Source of the DNA: Chiloscyllium plagiosum | Taxonomy: Eukaryota | Assembly: GCF_004010195.1 (NCBI RefSeq) | Contig: NC_057719.1 | Location: forward strand, 63,822,602 to 63,886,601 | Length of the DNA: 64,000 bases | Reading direction: 5' to 3' | In this document: positions 1 through 15,169 of the stretch, one piece after another | How the letters are laid out: each line of letters opens with the position of its first letter | Position numbering within the stretch: the stretch's first letter is position 1 | Notes under the pieces: model-generated | The model's database searches: none | Told to the model about the DNA's origin: nothing | What the model saw: only the letters and a program-made list of their open reading frames with translations | Made by a program: the position numbers and the translations under genes

Positions 1-759
1 AATTTTCTCGAAATAATTGTTTGGATTCCAAGTTGTTTGAACAATAGGGCATTCGGATTCCGGGATCACCACTGGATATGAAAAACAGTCAAGATCATAT
101 GGGGTGGGCATAATCAGAAAATCGAGAATGTTTCAACTTTAATTCCAATCTGGGATTAATTTTACTAGGTTTAATTGTGCTGGTTTACATGTAATTGTCT
201 CAAATTTTGTAAGCAATTAGCAGTTTTTGAATCAAAGTTACATATGCACATCATGATGCATTCTGCTTATTTACAAAACACATCAATATTTGCATTCATA
301 TGTCCATACGCACTAAATGTGGTGGGGATTGTGTATCTAGAGTTTTGCATTTTGAAGGCAACATGTCCTTACAAATGAGTTAAACAAAGTTTGAAATTGT
401 CTGTATTGATTTATGATCAAAGGGTCTTGAGGTGGATCTCAGCACCAAACATTTATTTTTGTCAAAATGTTCCACTTTGGGTACTTTCTATTGATGGTTA
501 ATAAACACAATCAGCTGTTTTCTTCTTGACTGTCACCAACAGATATTCCTTCAACATGAATATATTTTATGGTTCCTGTTTCAGTTTCGCATTATATATT
601 TTAACTTGCCCATCTACTTAATTTTTACAGACTTTTATAATTTTAATATTACTGAATGACAGAGAAACAATCTTCAGCTGAGTAAAATTCAGAGCTTTTT
701 ATTAACTGGTGACGATGATTAGTTGAATACTTTGATGTGCTTCTGTAACCCAGCAGTAA

Positions 760-1017
<258 letters not shown>

Positions 1018-1194
1018 TAGACTAATTGTAAGTATGTGTGTTTCGAACTACAGAACACAAGAATCTTTTCTAACTAAAGTGATCAGTTAAAATCTCAGCC
1101 TGCATAATGATATAAAAGCAAAATACTGCAGATGCTGGAGATCTAAAATAAATGCAGAAAGTGCTGGATAAATGCAGGTCCAGTAGCATTTCTT

Positions 1195-2340
1195 TGATTT
1201 ATTGTCACTTGTACCAAACTACAGTGAAAAGCTTTGTTTAGGAGCAGTATAGGCAGATGATAGTAAGCAAGAATGGACAGATCAGAGGTTGTAGAAAAAC
1301 TTAGACAGAGGCATACAGGTTACATTGCACAGGGCATGTGCTTGGGGAGATCAACATTACCAAGATCAGAAAATTATTTGAGGCCAGAGTATCCATTCAT
1401 CAGTCTAATAATGGCTGGGAAGAAGCTGTCCCTGAAACTGCTGGTGCATGTGTTCAGGCTTCTGTATCTTCTGTCCGATGGAAGAAGTTGCAGGAGATGA
1501 TTACTAGGGTGAATGGATCTTTGATGATGTTGGCAGCCTTTCCGCAGTAGTGAGCCATGCAAATAGAGTCCACGGATGGAAGGTTAGCTTCTGTGATGGT
1601 CTGGGCTGTGCACATCACCTTCTATAGTTTCTTACGGTCCTGGGCAGAGCAGTTGTCATACCAGGCCGTTATTCACCCAGACAGTATGCTCCCAGTGGCG
1701 CACCTGTAGAAGTTGGTGTGGGCCCTTACAGACATGCCAAATTCCCTGAGCCACCTGAGGAAAGAAGGCGCTGTTGTGCATTCTTGACCGTTTTGTTGGT
1801 TACCATCACTCCAAGGAACTTAACGCTCTCCACTCTTTTAACCTCAGTTCCATTGATATAGATGAGGGTGTGTTCTTCTTTCTCTCTGAAGTCAATGATA
1901 AGTTCTTTAGTTCTGCTGACGTTGAGAGAGGGGTTGCCCTTATTACACTATGTCACCAAGCCCTCTATCTCCCTTCTGTTTTTTGATTCATTGTTGTTAG
2001 ATATCCATCTTAGTACAGTGGTCTTCAGCGAACTTGTAGATGGCATTCCTTCAGAATTTGGCAACACAGTCATCGGTGTGAAGAGAGTACAATAGGAAGT
2101 TGAGGACGCTGAGTGTTGAGTGTTATTGTGGAGGAAGTGCAGTTACCTATCTTCACTGATTGCAGTCTGTGGATCAGAAAGCTGAAGATTCAGTTGCAGA
2201 GGGCAGAGCCAAGACCAAGGTCAGAATTTTGAGATCAGACTGGAGGGGATAGTGGTTTTGAAGGCGGAGCTGTAGTCAATGAGCAGAAGCCTAGCGTAGA
2301 TGTCTGTGTTGTCCAGGGGTAACTGCAAGGTTAAGGATGT
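1195..2340 (-). mobile_element. Decayed Rex1/Babar-like LINE, 3' part
   Basis: Minus-strand HPSNHLLQLLPSDRRYRSLNTCTSSFRDSFFPAIIRLMN C-terminal motif, plus RT remnants (KFAEDH). Confidence 0.7.
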
Positions 2341-3344
2341 TCTTTTGAGGGAAATCTATCTTTTCCTATGACTGCACAATGAGGTTTGGCTGTTATCCAA
2401 TTCACAATTGAAACAGCTGAGCCTGGTAAAAACATTGCTTGATTGACAGCTGCAGCTCTCTGATCAATGCTGTGAATTGCACAATGTTTATTTACACAAG
2501 ACAAGAAGGTGTCAAGACCTTGGTGCTTCTGGTATTGATACTTTAAAGGGTCTGTCTGATCAACACTTTTATTGGTGAAAGGAGTTTTTTTTAAGGAAGT
2601 GTGAAGTTATGAATGAATAATTTTTGAAAGCTTTTTTAAACCACTTCCTATTGTTGCTAAAGTTTCATTGATTCTGTACAGAGTATATAGAGGTTTTATG
2701 GGCTTGAATGTATCATATATTGATATGAAGAGTACAAGAAGTGAATGAAGGAGCATGAAGATGGACTAAATAAAGGAGCATTACTTTGTATGGAAGTCAT
2801 TTAGTTCAGTTGGCTGGTTTGTGATACAGAGTGACAACAACAATGTGAACTCATTTCCTGAGCCAGCTGAAATTATCATGAAGGTCATGCCTTCCTGACC
2901 TCACCCCCGCCTGAGGCACAGTGACCCTCAAATTAAATCACAACCAGTCATCTCACACTAATAAGAGAGCAGTCCTATGGCACTCTGGTATGATAACTTA
3001 CCTTTAACTTGGCATGAAAAATATAAATGGTCATGGGAGGTGGGTGAAGGAAGGAAATATCCAGATTATGGTTTATGACACCTCTCAGGGGTCGTGAACC
3101 AAGAATCTTTTAAAAGCTGACTGACTCCATGAACATTGCAGAGGACTAGGACTTGTCTGGGACTCAGCTGGAACCTGCTGTACCCTTTAGTGGGACTGGT
3201 GAAAATAGGAAAGCCCCAGGAAAGGGGTTGAAAGTCTCAAAATAGGGATCCAGCTGCCACTTCGACCTCTTCACAGCGTTTCTTTGACTCAATGAAAATC
3301 TCTCCCGACATCCCTAAGCTCCATCAGTATTTCCAATCATATTT

Positions 3345-4850
3345 TTTAATTCATTCATGGGACATGGATGGTGCTAACTGGCCAGTTTTATTATTCATGT
3401 TTAGCTGCCCTTGAGAAGATGATGATAAGCTGCCTCTTTGAATCACTGCTGGCCACATAGTGTGGTTGACCCTCAATGCCCTGAAGGAGGGAATTCCATG
3501 ATTTTGACCCAGCGACAGTGAAGGAATGGTTATATATTTCAAGTCAGGAATGTGTGTGGCTTGGAGGGGAACTTGAAGGTGTTGGTGTTCCCATATATCT
3601 GCTGCCCTAGTCTTTCTAGTTGAAAGTAGTTGTGGGTTTGGAAAGAGCTATCTAAGGACTTTCCCATGAATTTTGCAGTATGTAGTGCCAGTAAAGTGGG
3701 CTGCTTTTTTCTAGATGATATCACATGTCTTGAGTGTTGTTGGAGCTGCACCCATCCAGGCAACTGGGAAGTATTGACCTGTGCTTTGCAGATGGGTAGA
3801 CAGGCTTTGGGGAGTCAGGAGGTGAGTCACTCACTGCAGTATTCATAGCCTCTGACCTGCTTTTGTAGTGACTGTGTTTATGTGGTGAGTTCAATTGAAT
3901 TTATAGTCAATAGTAACCTAGGAAGCTGATTATGAGGGAATTAAGTGACAATAATACCCTTGAATGTCAAGGGATGGGTGTTAGATTGTCTCTTATAGTG
4001 TGATACAAATGTTACTTGCCATTTGTCAGCCCAAGTCTGGATATTATCCAGATCTTGTTGCATTCAAATCTGAACAGCTTCCGTATCTGAGGAGTTACGA
4101 ATGGTGTTGAACATTGTGCAATCATTGGCGAACATCTCACTTCTGCCCTTATGGTGAAGTGAAGGTCATTGATGAAGTAGCCAAAAATAATTAGGTTTAG
4201 GGCACTACCTTGAGGAAGTTATACAGAGAGGTCCTGGAGCTGAGATCAGTTGACATCCAATCATCTTCCTATGTGCCAGATATGACTCCAACTAGTGAAA
4301 CGTTTGCTCCAATTCCTTCTAATACCCATTGATTCCAGTTTTGCTGGTTTTTTGATGCCACATTCAGACAAATATGGCCTAAAAATCACTCTCATCTAAT
4401 CTCTAGAATTCAGCTCTTTTGTCCATGTTTGAACCAAGGTTGTAAAGAGGTCAGAAGCTGAGTGGCCCTGACCAGAACTCAAACTGGGCATCGCTGAGCA
4501 GGTGCTGCTTGATAGCACTGTTGATTACACCTTCCATCATTTCACTGATGATTGAGAGCAGACTGATGGGACAATAGTTGGCCAGGTTGCATTTGTTCTC
4601 TATTTTGGTTACAAGGCACACCTGGGCAATTTTCCACATTATCAGGCATATATCGGTGTTGTAACTGTACTTGAAGAGCCTGGCTAAGAGAGCAGCAAGT
4701 TCTGGAGCACAAATCTTCAGTCCAATTACTGAAATGTTGTCAGGGCCATAGCATTTACTGTATCTAATGCTTGCAACCATTTCTTGATATCACATGGAGT
4801 AAATTGAATTGGCTGGAGACTGATATCTGTGACACTGGGGACCACTGGAG
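3345..4850 (-). mobile_element. Decayed CR1/L2-group LINE, RT and 3' end
   Basis: ORF 4451-4780 has GPDNI...APELA..LARLF...NYCPISLLSIIS. Similar to the copies at 10865, 16870 and 39445. Confidence 0.75.
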
Positions 4851-5246
4851 GAATAATGTATCATTCAGCTGTTTAGAATGTTACCAAATAAACATTTAAT
4901 TTGAAGAGACTTCAGTTACATAATTCTGCAATGTAAGGATTCCATATCAACATTTGTTGAAACAGTAAGTTTGCCCTTTAGTGAAGTTCAGTACCAGAAG
5001 GCAGTACCATGGACAGTATCAATATACCTTGAATGATCCAGTTTTATTTCTGTATCACTGTAGATGCACAGTCTGTAAATCAAACTTATAATGCAATTTT
5101 ATTAATGGCAGGCGGAGGATATGTTGAGAAGAAAGTAAAATTCCTTCGTCAAATATTGGCAATCAGTTCATCAAGTTGTGGAATTTTTTGCTCTTTGTAG
5201 TTTATCAAATCATAACAGTGGATCAAGTACTGGATTGATATTGTAA

Positions 5247-5390
<144 letters not shown>

Positions 5391-7964
5391 TAAGCACTGT
5401 TATATATTTTGGTGCATGTTTTGAAAACTCGATGCACTTGTTAACCAGTACTTTTTCCTGTAAAATTCCAGGTTTTGGAGATGCTCAAGGACAGGCATTA
5501 GCTTTTCTCATTTTAGTTCACTGTGTCTGTTTTTAACAAAACTTCAGCTTTTCCAGAGTTACTGTGACAGTTCAAACATTTCTTTACTGCTGAGTTTCAG
5601 TACTTTATGTAAACATGCACATTCCTTCAGCCAAACACAGATACACTTTAAAGTGACCTTTCTAGTCATTAGGTCATCACCAGACTTCATATGTTTTCTC
5701 CACATTTTACTTAATTTTATTTAAGATCATTTCAGCCAAACTAGCAGTTTCGAGGTTAATATCTACAAATGTTACTCACCATTTGTCAGCCCGAGCCTGA
5801 ACATTATGCTGCATAAGGGGATGCACTCTGCTTCACAAAGTGAAGATCAGGAGCTGAGTGATCCTGGGCAGCACCCCAAACTGAGCATCAGTGAGCAGGT
5901 CATTCCTGAGCAATTCCAGCTTGACAGCACTGTCTGCGACCACTTATGTCACATTGCTGATCATTGAGAGTAGGCTGATGGAGGAGTAATTGGCCAGGTT
6001 GGATTTGGAATCAAACACTTTAAAGATGTGCTGTAGTCCTCACAAGTACTTATATTTCCAAAGTTAAGTAATCTGTTAGCCTTGGAAGAATATTTGTGCT
6101 CAACAGACATGATCAATGTTGGTTAATAAATGCTGAAAGGTATATCAAAGATTATACCAAAGCTAAGGTTTTCTCACTTTCCAAACTTCCAGAACCTACA
6201 AAAATGAATTGTGTGTCTTGAGCACTTGGACTCCCACATTTAATTGTATATCCACTACTGTTGCAAATGGTAGTGTTATGCTTTAGTTTGTTTTCTCTTC
6301 GATTTAATTGATTGTATTGTGTATCTGCAGCTTAAAGCTACACGATACCATTTAAGTGTTTAAGCAAGACTTGTTCTTATCTGACTGTTTCTTAGTTTAC
6401 TTAACAAATGCAGTTTAGATATCTAAAATCTCCAGACTTTGTCAAGTATGTTGAAAATCGGATCTGCCCTTGTCAACATTACCTTCCCACACATGTCCTT
6501 TAGTCTCGAAACTCTGTATGTCTTGGAGTTCGTGTATGAATAACATAAAAGTACATAAGAGAACATTAAAGGAAGTGATTTTTGGCTTACTGTGCTAAAA
6601 TGATGCTTGTACTGACCTCCCAGGATAAATAACTGTTTCTCTGAAATTAAGGGGGATATGTGACCAGTGGAGGGAGGAAACTCTTACTAAGGATAGGTTG
6701 AGTATGTTCAGTCATTACTATCCCTGGCTTGAATTTGAATGTAGGATTCCAGCCATTAAATTAAACAGGTAATACATTAACAGTGTGCTTTTTCATCCTA
6801 AAATCTCAGTGAATTCATCAGTTTTAAAATTGTCTCTTGCTTCAGCCAAATTGATCTGGGATTAAAAACTGAAAAAGTTCCAGCAATTCCAGTATTGGTT
6901 CTTTTTCTGTGTTAATTGTTACATTAATTATAATTGTAATTTTGCTTCAAGATAACTCAAGGTCATGGCAGTTTTTGTTTCTTTTGAATTAATATTCATA
7001 GCCAGGAAAAGATTGAACATGTTGAGCTGTAATTTCACTATAATTCAGTGAACATTGCATGCTGTGCCATACATCATTCATTTGCTGCTGTGGCTGCTTC
7101 AATTCAAAATGATTAATTGATGCACTTTTTATTTCTTGAAATTCTGTCCTCCGGGGCTACAAAATTAATCTCTCTCAAAATGTAAAATGAACAAATATAT
7201 AAAGTTTGTCTTTTAAATAATTTGCTGCTTTTGTAAATCAGAGACATAAATCAAGTCACTGAAAGTTCATGGGGACAAAGGAATAAAATGATCTGTCAAT
7301 ATCTATGCTGCGAAACAGGAGCACAGATCTGTAGGGCTGATTACCCTTTCTCTGCACTGTAAAAATTTACTTAATTTAAAGCCTTAATTTTATCTCTTTG
7401 CATTCAGAAAAATCTTAATTTCCCAAATGTTTCCTCACTCAGGAGGTGAGTCTTCTCTCAGTCTAAAAGAATCACCATCTAACACACTCTGTCTCTCTAC
7501 ATCATTTGTTTCTTGTTTTTATCAAGCTTATGAGTTAGACACTGCTCCTCTGAACTTTATTGTCTTTTTATTCCTAAACTTCAAGTATTCCACCCTGTGC
7601 ACCTTTATTCTTCCCTGCAATTTCCCTGAACAAGATTCATTGCATCAGCCATTTTCCCACAACCTTAAACTCCTTTTACTGCTCCAGTTATTGTTCTCTA
7701 AAACCTAAGCTTGGCTTTATCTGACTTCTGCTACATGAAGTCAGACACACTGTGGCATGTTGTGTCATCTTTCACTCTTTCCAACCTTAAAAAGGCCCTG
7801 CATTTTCATCATTAGCTTGTGAAGGCCAGAACCTGTGTAGTCTCAGTTATTCAAAATTAGATACAGTGTCTATATTCTGATTATTTGTCTGATGTACTCC
7901 ATCAGAACGCTCGGTTTAAAAGTGCTGGCATACTAAAATCTGTGTTGTCTGCCTTGTCCTGGAG

Positions 7965-8159
7965 CAGTCAAAGAGTATGATGCTGGAAAAGCACAGCCAG
8001 TCAGGCAACATCCGAGGAGCAGGAGAGTCAACGTTTCGGTGAAAAGCTTATGCTTGAAATGTTGATTCTCCTGCACCACGGACGCTGCGTGACCAGTTGT
8101 GCTTTTCCAGCACCATGCTTTTCGACTCTGACCTCCAGCATTTGCAGTCCTCACTTTCT
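7965..8159. mobile_element. Palindromic non-autonomous Penelope-like insertion (family A), ribozyme core eroded
   Basis: Inverted arms (tgctggaaaagcacagcc / gcttttccagca), tail on the right arm. 13-bp direct repeat ccttgtcctggag at 7952-7964 and 8160-8172. Confidence 0.8.
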
Positions 8160-9446
8160 CCTTGTCCTGGAGTAGATGTCCTCTTTAAGATCCAGAACTC
8201 TTTCAGCAATAGAAGAACAAAAGCTATTTCCATATTTCCCATTGATATGGTTTTAGCTAACTATAAGAAGCTTAAAATAACAGCATCCCTCAAGCTGCAT
8301 GTAGGAAAGTCACCAGTTGTAAACTGTGAAATTTTTCAGTTGGCAAAGCAGGTTGGTTTCAAGTCAAGCTGTTCTACCAACTGCCAGTCTAATTGGTTGT
8401 TTAGTGCAAGGTGACTGTGTTGATCTGCAGTGAGTATTAGCAACTCGCACAGCTTGAACCGTTTCACACGTTCCTTCACAATGTGCTGGGTGGTGTTAGA
8501 AAAATCAGAAAAACGTCTTTTATTCTAGAACTTTTCCTCTCAGTGGGAATCCATTTGTACAGTATCTAGGTTTGAATAAACAGTCTTCCTAATAGCAGCG
8601 CACACTCTGGTTCTTGTGGGGATGCATCTATGGTGGTTAATGTCGAGGTACTGTTGCTTTTAGGATATGTGTCTCATCACAACATTCATAGTGCACACAT
8701 ATTTTAGCTTTGTTGGCTTTCTGTCTGCTCATGTTCAAGACTTTTTATGTCTTTGTGATTAACAGGGAATAGATTTTATATGAAAATGACACATTTATGT
8801 TTCAGTTATTGTTTAAGCAGAATAAATAGTTCAGTAGATCAATAGTTGTCCATTCTTGCCCTTTGCTATTGTTAGTTTTTCTCCCCTTTACTACTATGAG
8901 TACCTGCCATAAAAAGTTTGCAGGGTATTACTGTTGGTTTTAATCTGAACCTTATCACTAATATATCTCTGCAAATTAATTTGATTTGTTTCACATTATA
9001 CAATGTTTTTAATAGGGCAGTAAATCAATATCCCATGAAAGCTTATTATTTATGTCAGATTTAAATTTGTTCACCGTGAGGCAATCCTGCACAAGCAAAT
9101 ATATTTAGGTGAATTGTGTAGGGAGCATGACTGAATTCAGAATTAAAGTCTACTTATGTAAATGAATCTATGAATTTTTATTTTGCAAAGATAAAGCTGT
9201 CTGAAACCAGGTTTCTATGCTTTGACAAAAGCCAAAATCAAGTTATTCAAATGACAAATTGAAGCCTTTCAATCATTCCCATTATTCATTGTTTTTGTTT
9301 TCTTCTGATATGCCTTCACAATTTCTGAAAGTTGGAGTTAAAGGTTGAAGAAAAGTTGTGTGTTAATGAAAACATCTTATAGTTGTTGTGTATTTACACC
9401 CTGTTCTAAATTGCAAACAGTAACAGATGCAGAATAAACTCACATT

Positions 9447-9462
9447 TCACCAGGTGGCAGTA
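9447..9462 (+). promoter_or_regulatory. Possible CTCF-binding motif
   Basis: tCACCAGGTGGCAGta matches the CTCF core in repeat-poor intron sequence. Motif match only. Confidence 0.3.
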
Positions 9463-10386
9463 GATTCCAGTTCATTAACTCTTGAGACAGTCTTTGCATC
9501 TTGCAACATTAGTAGTAAGACAAGAACATTAAACGTTCACCTTTCAATGTATTTTTCAATAAAACCAGTTCCTGCCAATATGTGATCATATTGTCGTTCA
9601 CACTTGTAATAATTAGTTATGAAATCAAATATTAACTATGTTTGATCTTGATCTCATCACGAAGTAAAGGGCTTATGAAGTAATAAATAAGTGTCAGCAT
9701 AATTGTTAGCAAGTTCTGTATTAGCATTATTAACATAACGTGGTCACTAACAAACCTCATCCCCATATCTGTGGATTGTATAATGAAATATATGTGTACC
9801 TTTGCATTACCAATAAGAAAACTAAAGATGTAGTGCTTTGAAGATTTCATTTGACCCAAATTAGTCTTAAACTTCAGTAATACAAAAAAAATTACAGCTT
9901 TCCTTTTAAAGGAAATTTTTGAAGTTGATTCAAAGTAATGTTGAAGAATTTATATTTTGTTAAAAGGTGCCAGTTTTCCTCATCCACTTGGCAGCCTCAG
10001 CTGCTGTTTCTCTGATAGTTAACTTCAACAGGATCAATTTAAGTATGGGCAGATTAATCTAACAAACAAGTATGTTATTTTATATAACATTAATAGTTGA
10101 ACCTCAAATTCCTAAATACTTGAGCAGGTTATTTGCAACTGAGACTGAAGAAAAACAAATGCTGATAACATAAGGGGCGGGGGGGGAGGAGAGTTTCAGG
10201 TGGAAGAACTGAGCTCCTAGTCTAGCAGTCTAGGAAAATTTTGTATCCCTAGTTTAGCCAGATTTGGCGATAAAGCCAAGATCATAGAGAGTGTGGCTGC
10301 TCATCCCACAGAGAATGGTATTAGTTTTGTCAGCATTAACCAAGAATTATAGCTGTTCCAATGTCCTCTCCTATTGGATACGATGA

Positions 10387-10593
<207 letters not shown>

Positions 10594-10864
10594 TAAATGT
10601 CTATTAAAGTGTCACTTAAGTTTAAAGTTATGTGAATTGAATTTGATATTTGTAGAATGATCACTGTATGGAGGAATAATCTTGATTCCTTTTAAAGCAG
10701 TAGAAGCGGAATGCTCCTACTTTGAGGCCCTTTAATTAGACCATTTGCATTGACGAAACACACGTTATAACACAGCGATCTGTACCAGGAAATATGAATT
10801 CAGAAAAAGAATGAAAAAGAAGTTTAAAGAGCCAGTAAAGAGGAAATAAATGAAGGTAATATTT

Positions 10865-12780
10865 AAAAAATCATTAATGGGATGTGGGCATTGCTGACAA
10901 AGCTAACATTTGTTGGTTATCCCTAATTGCCTTTGAGAAGGTGGTGGTGATGCACATTCTTAAACTGATGCAATCCATGTTACAGTGCATGCTCCACTCA
11001 GTAATGGTGTAAGGGAGGGAGTCCCTCAACCAACATCACCAGAGTAGTTTATCTTCGTATTTTTACTTGCAGTTTGTGAGTCCTTGTTGTACACAACTTG
11101 GTTTCTGCAATTCACATGGTGCCGAGACTGGATGCCCGTCAAGTGAACTGCATTGTCCTGAATGTTGTCAAGCATCTTGAATGTTCTTGGAGTGCGCTAA
11201 TTTAGACAAGTGAAGAGTATTTCGTGACACTGCAGACTCATGCCATAGAGTTGGTGGACCATTAATGGAGAAGAGTTACTCACTGCAATATTTGACCTTC
11301 TATTTACATTGCTGGTCCAGTTGAGTTTCTGGTCATTGATAATCCCCAGAATGTTGCTGATTGGAATTGTATAGAGGTGTTTATAATCTTGTTGGAAGTA
11401 ATCATTATTAGTACTGGGAATGTTTATTTCTAAGCATGAATACCCAGCTCTTGCTGCACATGGGCTCAGACAGCTTTATTATCTAAGCATTTTCACTGTA
11501 CAATCATCAGTGAACATCCCCACTTCTAACCTTATGAAGGAGAGAACGTCATTAGTAAAGCAGCTAGAGATATTTGAACTACTTAGGACACTACCCCAGG
11601 GAACGCCTGCTCCATTGTCTTCAACTGAAATGATCAGCTACCATCATGATAACTGTATTCCATTGTGTTATGTATGACTACAGCCAATGGAGACTTTTCT
11701 CCTTGATCCCATCAACTTCAGTTTTACAAAGACTCCTTCGTTTGACTGTCAAATCAAACAATACTTTGTGAAGGACATTCACTCACACTTCATGTCATCT
11801 CATGAATTTGGCACTTTTAATTCATGTTTATGCCAGAAGTGTAATGAAGTTTAGAGGCACAAGCTCTGGTAGAACCCAAAAGATGCAACAGTGAGCATGT
11901 GAATATGTAAATAAGTTTGATAGCATTGTCATTGACACCATCCATTGCTTCTCTGATGATTGAAGGTAGACTGATGGGGTATTAATTGGCAACATTGAGT
12001 TTGTCCTGATTTTCACAGAAAGGACACAGCTGGACAATTTTCAACTTTGGAGAAAATGAGGACTGCAGATGCTGGAGATCAGATACTGAAAATTGCCGAG
12101 AGTGTGGTGCTGGAAAAGCACAGCCGGTCAGACAGCATCCAAGGAGCAGGAGAGGAGCATTCAAGGAGTATCTTTCCTGATGAAGAGGTTATGCTCGAAA
12201 CGTCGATTCTCCTCCTCCTCAGATGCTGCCTGACCTGCTGTGCTTTTCCAGCACCACACTCTCGGCAATTTTCAACTTTGTCAGGTAGATGTAGTTGTTG
12301 TACAATCCCCTTAGAGACATAGTGGGTTCTGGAGAGGCTGCCATCAAAACTAAAGCCAAAAGTTATCAGGGTGAATAAATCTTTGCTGTATCCAGTATGC
12401 TCAGCTGTTTTTAATATCAAAGTTGGAATCAAGTTGGTTGGACTGAATTCTATAACAAAGGAAACCTCAAAGGCTGAGCAGTGTGGATAATCTACTAGGC
12501 CTCTCCATAAAGATGATTGTGAATGCTTCAGCCTTGTCTTTTGTACTTGTAAGCAAGATTTCCTCATTGTTGAGGATGAAAATGTTCATGAAACTTCCTC
12601 CTTCAGTTAGTTAAGTTTCTACTACTGTTCATGATCACATGGCAGGGCTGCAAACGTATAATCTGATTTGTTGGTTGCATGTTTGCTTCTTTCTGTCTTT
12701 AACAAGCTGCTACCTCTATTTCCTGTTATTATAGACCTGTGTTGTATCTTCTGAAGCAGGGCGTACCTCATTGCTCCACT
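10865..12780 (-). mobile_element. Decayed CR1/L2-group LINE, interrupted by a PLE at 12050-12265
   Basis: Collinear similarity to 3345-4850. Confidence 0.65.
12050..12265. mobile_element. Palindromic Penelope-like insertion (family A) with hammerhead core at 12177-12204 (+)
   Basis: 15-bp TSD caattttcaactttg at 12035-12049 and 12266-12280. Core reads ctgatga-agaggttatgctc-gaaa-cgtc. Confidence 0.85.
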
Positions 12781-13731
12781 TAGCATCTCAGGAAGCCATT
12801 GAATGAAGAACCAAACTAGAACTCCTGTTATTGGTTCTTCCCATCCGAAAAAAGTATTGTATTAATAGTAATGTACCTGCTGTAACAGGGCTTTTTTGGC
12901 TTTGTGGCTGAAAATAGTTATTTCAGATGCAAATCTGTGCAGTCAGAATGATTTTCAGATTGCAATGGTTTAAAGTACATTTGCTTTTCCTGAATTATTG
13001 TCACATACAGTACAAATCCCCTTCCAAATGTTATAGTCTAACAAACTGATCCATGAGTGGCATTCAACAATGGTGAGACTTTTAACAGCTTTGAAGAATA
13101 CAACGTGACTGAATATAATGCAGCCGTCTTTTCACATCCATCCAATTCTTGTGTCTGGAGATAAACTGTGCGAAAACATTACTCTTCTTCTTAGTCATAC
13201 CTGTCAACCCATCATTAGTACAATGAACATTTGTGTCACATTTATATATTTATGACCACTACTTGTATATTGTTCCTGCCTCGGGTTTAAGTAGATCAAG
13301 ACAGTTTTGTTGTCTGAAATTATCAGCACCTTCTCATATATTTACAGTATAAAATTTATAAGACTTATTCTCGCTATTGAGTGGGAAAGGTTATTTATCT
13401 CCATACACTGGCCTATTTTTCTTCAGTATAAATGTTCTGGAAAATCTTTCCTTGATAATTTAATCTTCTTCAGGCACTTACTGCAGATCAGAACATAATC
13501 AAATTAAAATATTGTATAAAACAATAATTTAAATCTTGACCAAAAAAATCTGCTTATAGTGTTCGTAATAATGTACCTGATATCAGTCAGAAATTTGTGT
13601 GACTTATAAAATTCTACTTGCAAATGTTCATATTGTAAAACAAGCTGCTGAAAAAAACTTAGCTGTCCCTACAACAAGTTAAGTTGGTTACTGGTATCCC
13701 ACCTTTTCCAGATTGTCTGCCTCTTCATACT

Positions 13732-14000
13732 GGGTGGCATGGTGGCTCATGGCGAGCACTACTGCCTCACGGCGCCAGGGACCCAGATTCCATTCCAGCC
13801 TTGGGTGACTGTGTGGAGTTTGTACATTCTCCCTGTGTCTGCATGGTTTCTTCCCACAAGCCAAAGATGCGCAAGTTAGGTGGATTAGCCACGAGATATG
13901 CAGGGTTTCAGGGAGGATGGGGAGGTGGGTCTGCGTGAGATGCCCTTCATAGGGACTTGATGGGCCGAATGACCCTGCTTCCATATTGCAGTGATTCGAT
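13732..14000 (+). mobile_element. tRNA-derived V-SINE (HE1-like)
   Basis: A/B-box-like head ggtggctca...gattccattcc, V-domain tgtgtggagtttgtacattctccctgtgtctgc, and a CR1-like tail. Confidence 0.75.
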
Positions 14001-15169
14001 GAAGTTCCATTTCTATAGTATTGCCTATGTAAAGAATGTAATGGCACAGAATACTGACATTTGTATACTAAGAGACGGGGAAATGAACTGGGATGAGAGT
14101 AACCAAAATGAAGGCGCTTCTACAAACACAAAGAATGATAGCAAGAAGAAGCTATTGCTGTTTTGAGATAATGTTTAGCTGAATGAAACCTCTGAACTCT
14201 GCTCAATGAATAGTGGATACCATTGTTCTGATGGGCCCACTTCTCTTTCTTGAGGAAATTAGATCTGAAATATTGTAACTGAACATCTTTAGATTGTAAG
14301 AGTCAGCAACTGAAATTGTGAGGACTCAAATTTCTATCAAATTGTACTAAGGGACCATGCCAGTGTTTCTATCCTCAATTTGGGTGAAGTTACTTGTGAA
14401 CCTGAAAGCAGATATGTTTTCCTGACAACACATCCATCAGCATAAGGTGACAAGTGCGTAATGTTGGAACATGGATAATCGCACCATTCGATTCAGTCAA
14501 CAATTAAGGAGCTTTTGAGTGAGTGCCTAAGAAATAGAATCATTTCCATAACAATAGCATCTTAACACCCACGTCTTAAGGAGTTAAACACGATTTGTCA
14601 AATGTTTGGTTCAATTAATGAATACTGTTATTAAAGAGAAAGCTTTAACCTTTGAGTCATCCAATCTATCTCAGCACAATTTCTTGGCTGAACATCAAAA
14701 ATTGTAACATTCGTATTGATCTACATCATTGTCACAAAGGTTAATCCGTTTACATTCATGATCTGTCCATATAAATAACCTTCCTAAACCTGAAGGAATG
14801 GAAAATACCAATCAGATATTATCTGAACAGTATGTGGAGGATGCAATTATGCAGTTGGATTGTCTCTCTCTCTCTGGTACCTATTTCTAGATTGAGAATG
14901 ATGCATAATTGGCAAACTAAGCAATGGAAACATTATGAAACACTAGGAGAGACTTGCATGCAGTGAGTGGTTCAGAATTGAATACACTGACTTAGTGTGT
15001 GGGGGGAGAGGTTCAGTCAATGCACTTAAGAGGGAATTGGATCATTATCAGAAAAGAGAAAGTGTAGTGCTACCATAAATTGGGTAAATGCCTGTTTCAG
15101 AGAGCTGACACAAACAGGCTGGGCCGAATGGCCTCCTTCCATGCTGATTCAGGTCCCGTACTCTGCTGT

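Noticed and set aside
7933..8242. Recurrent peptides such as LLLLGCCLTGCAFPA and MVLEKHSRSGS in many short ORFs
   Set aside because: Translations of the non-coding PLE terminal repeat, not a protein family.
13732..13810. tRNA gene-like A/B boxes (also at 21577)
   Set aside because: These are SINE heads followed by V-domain and LINE tails, with no intact cloverleaf.
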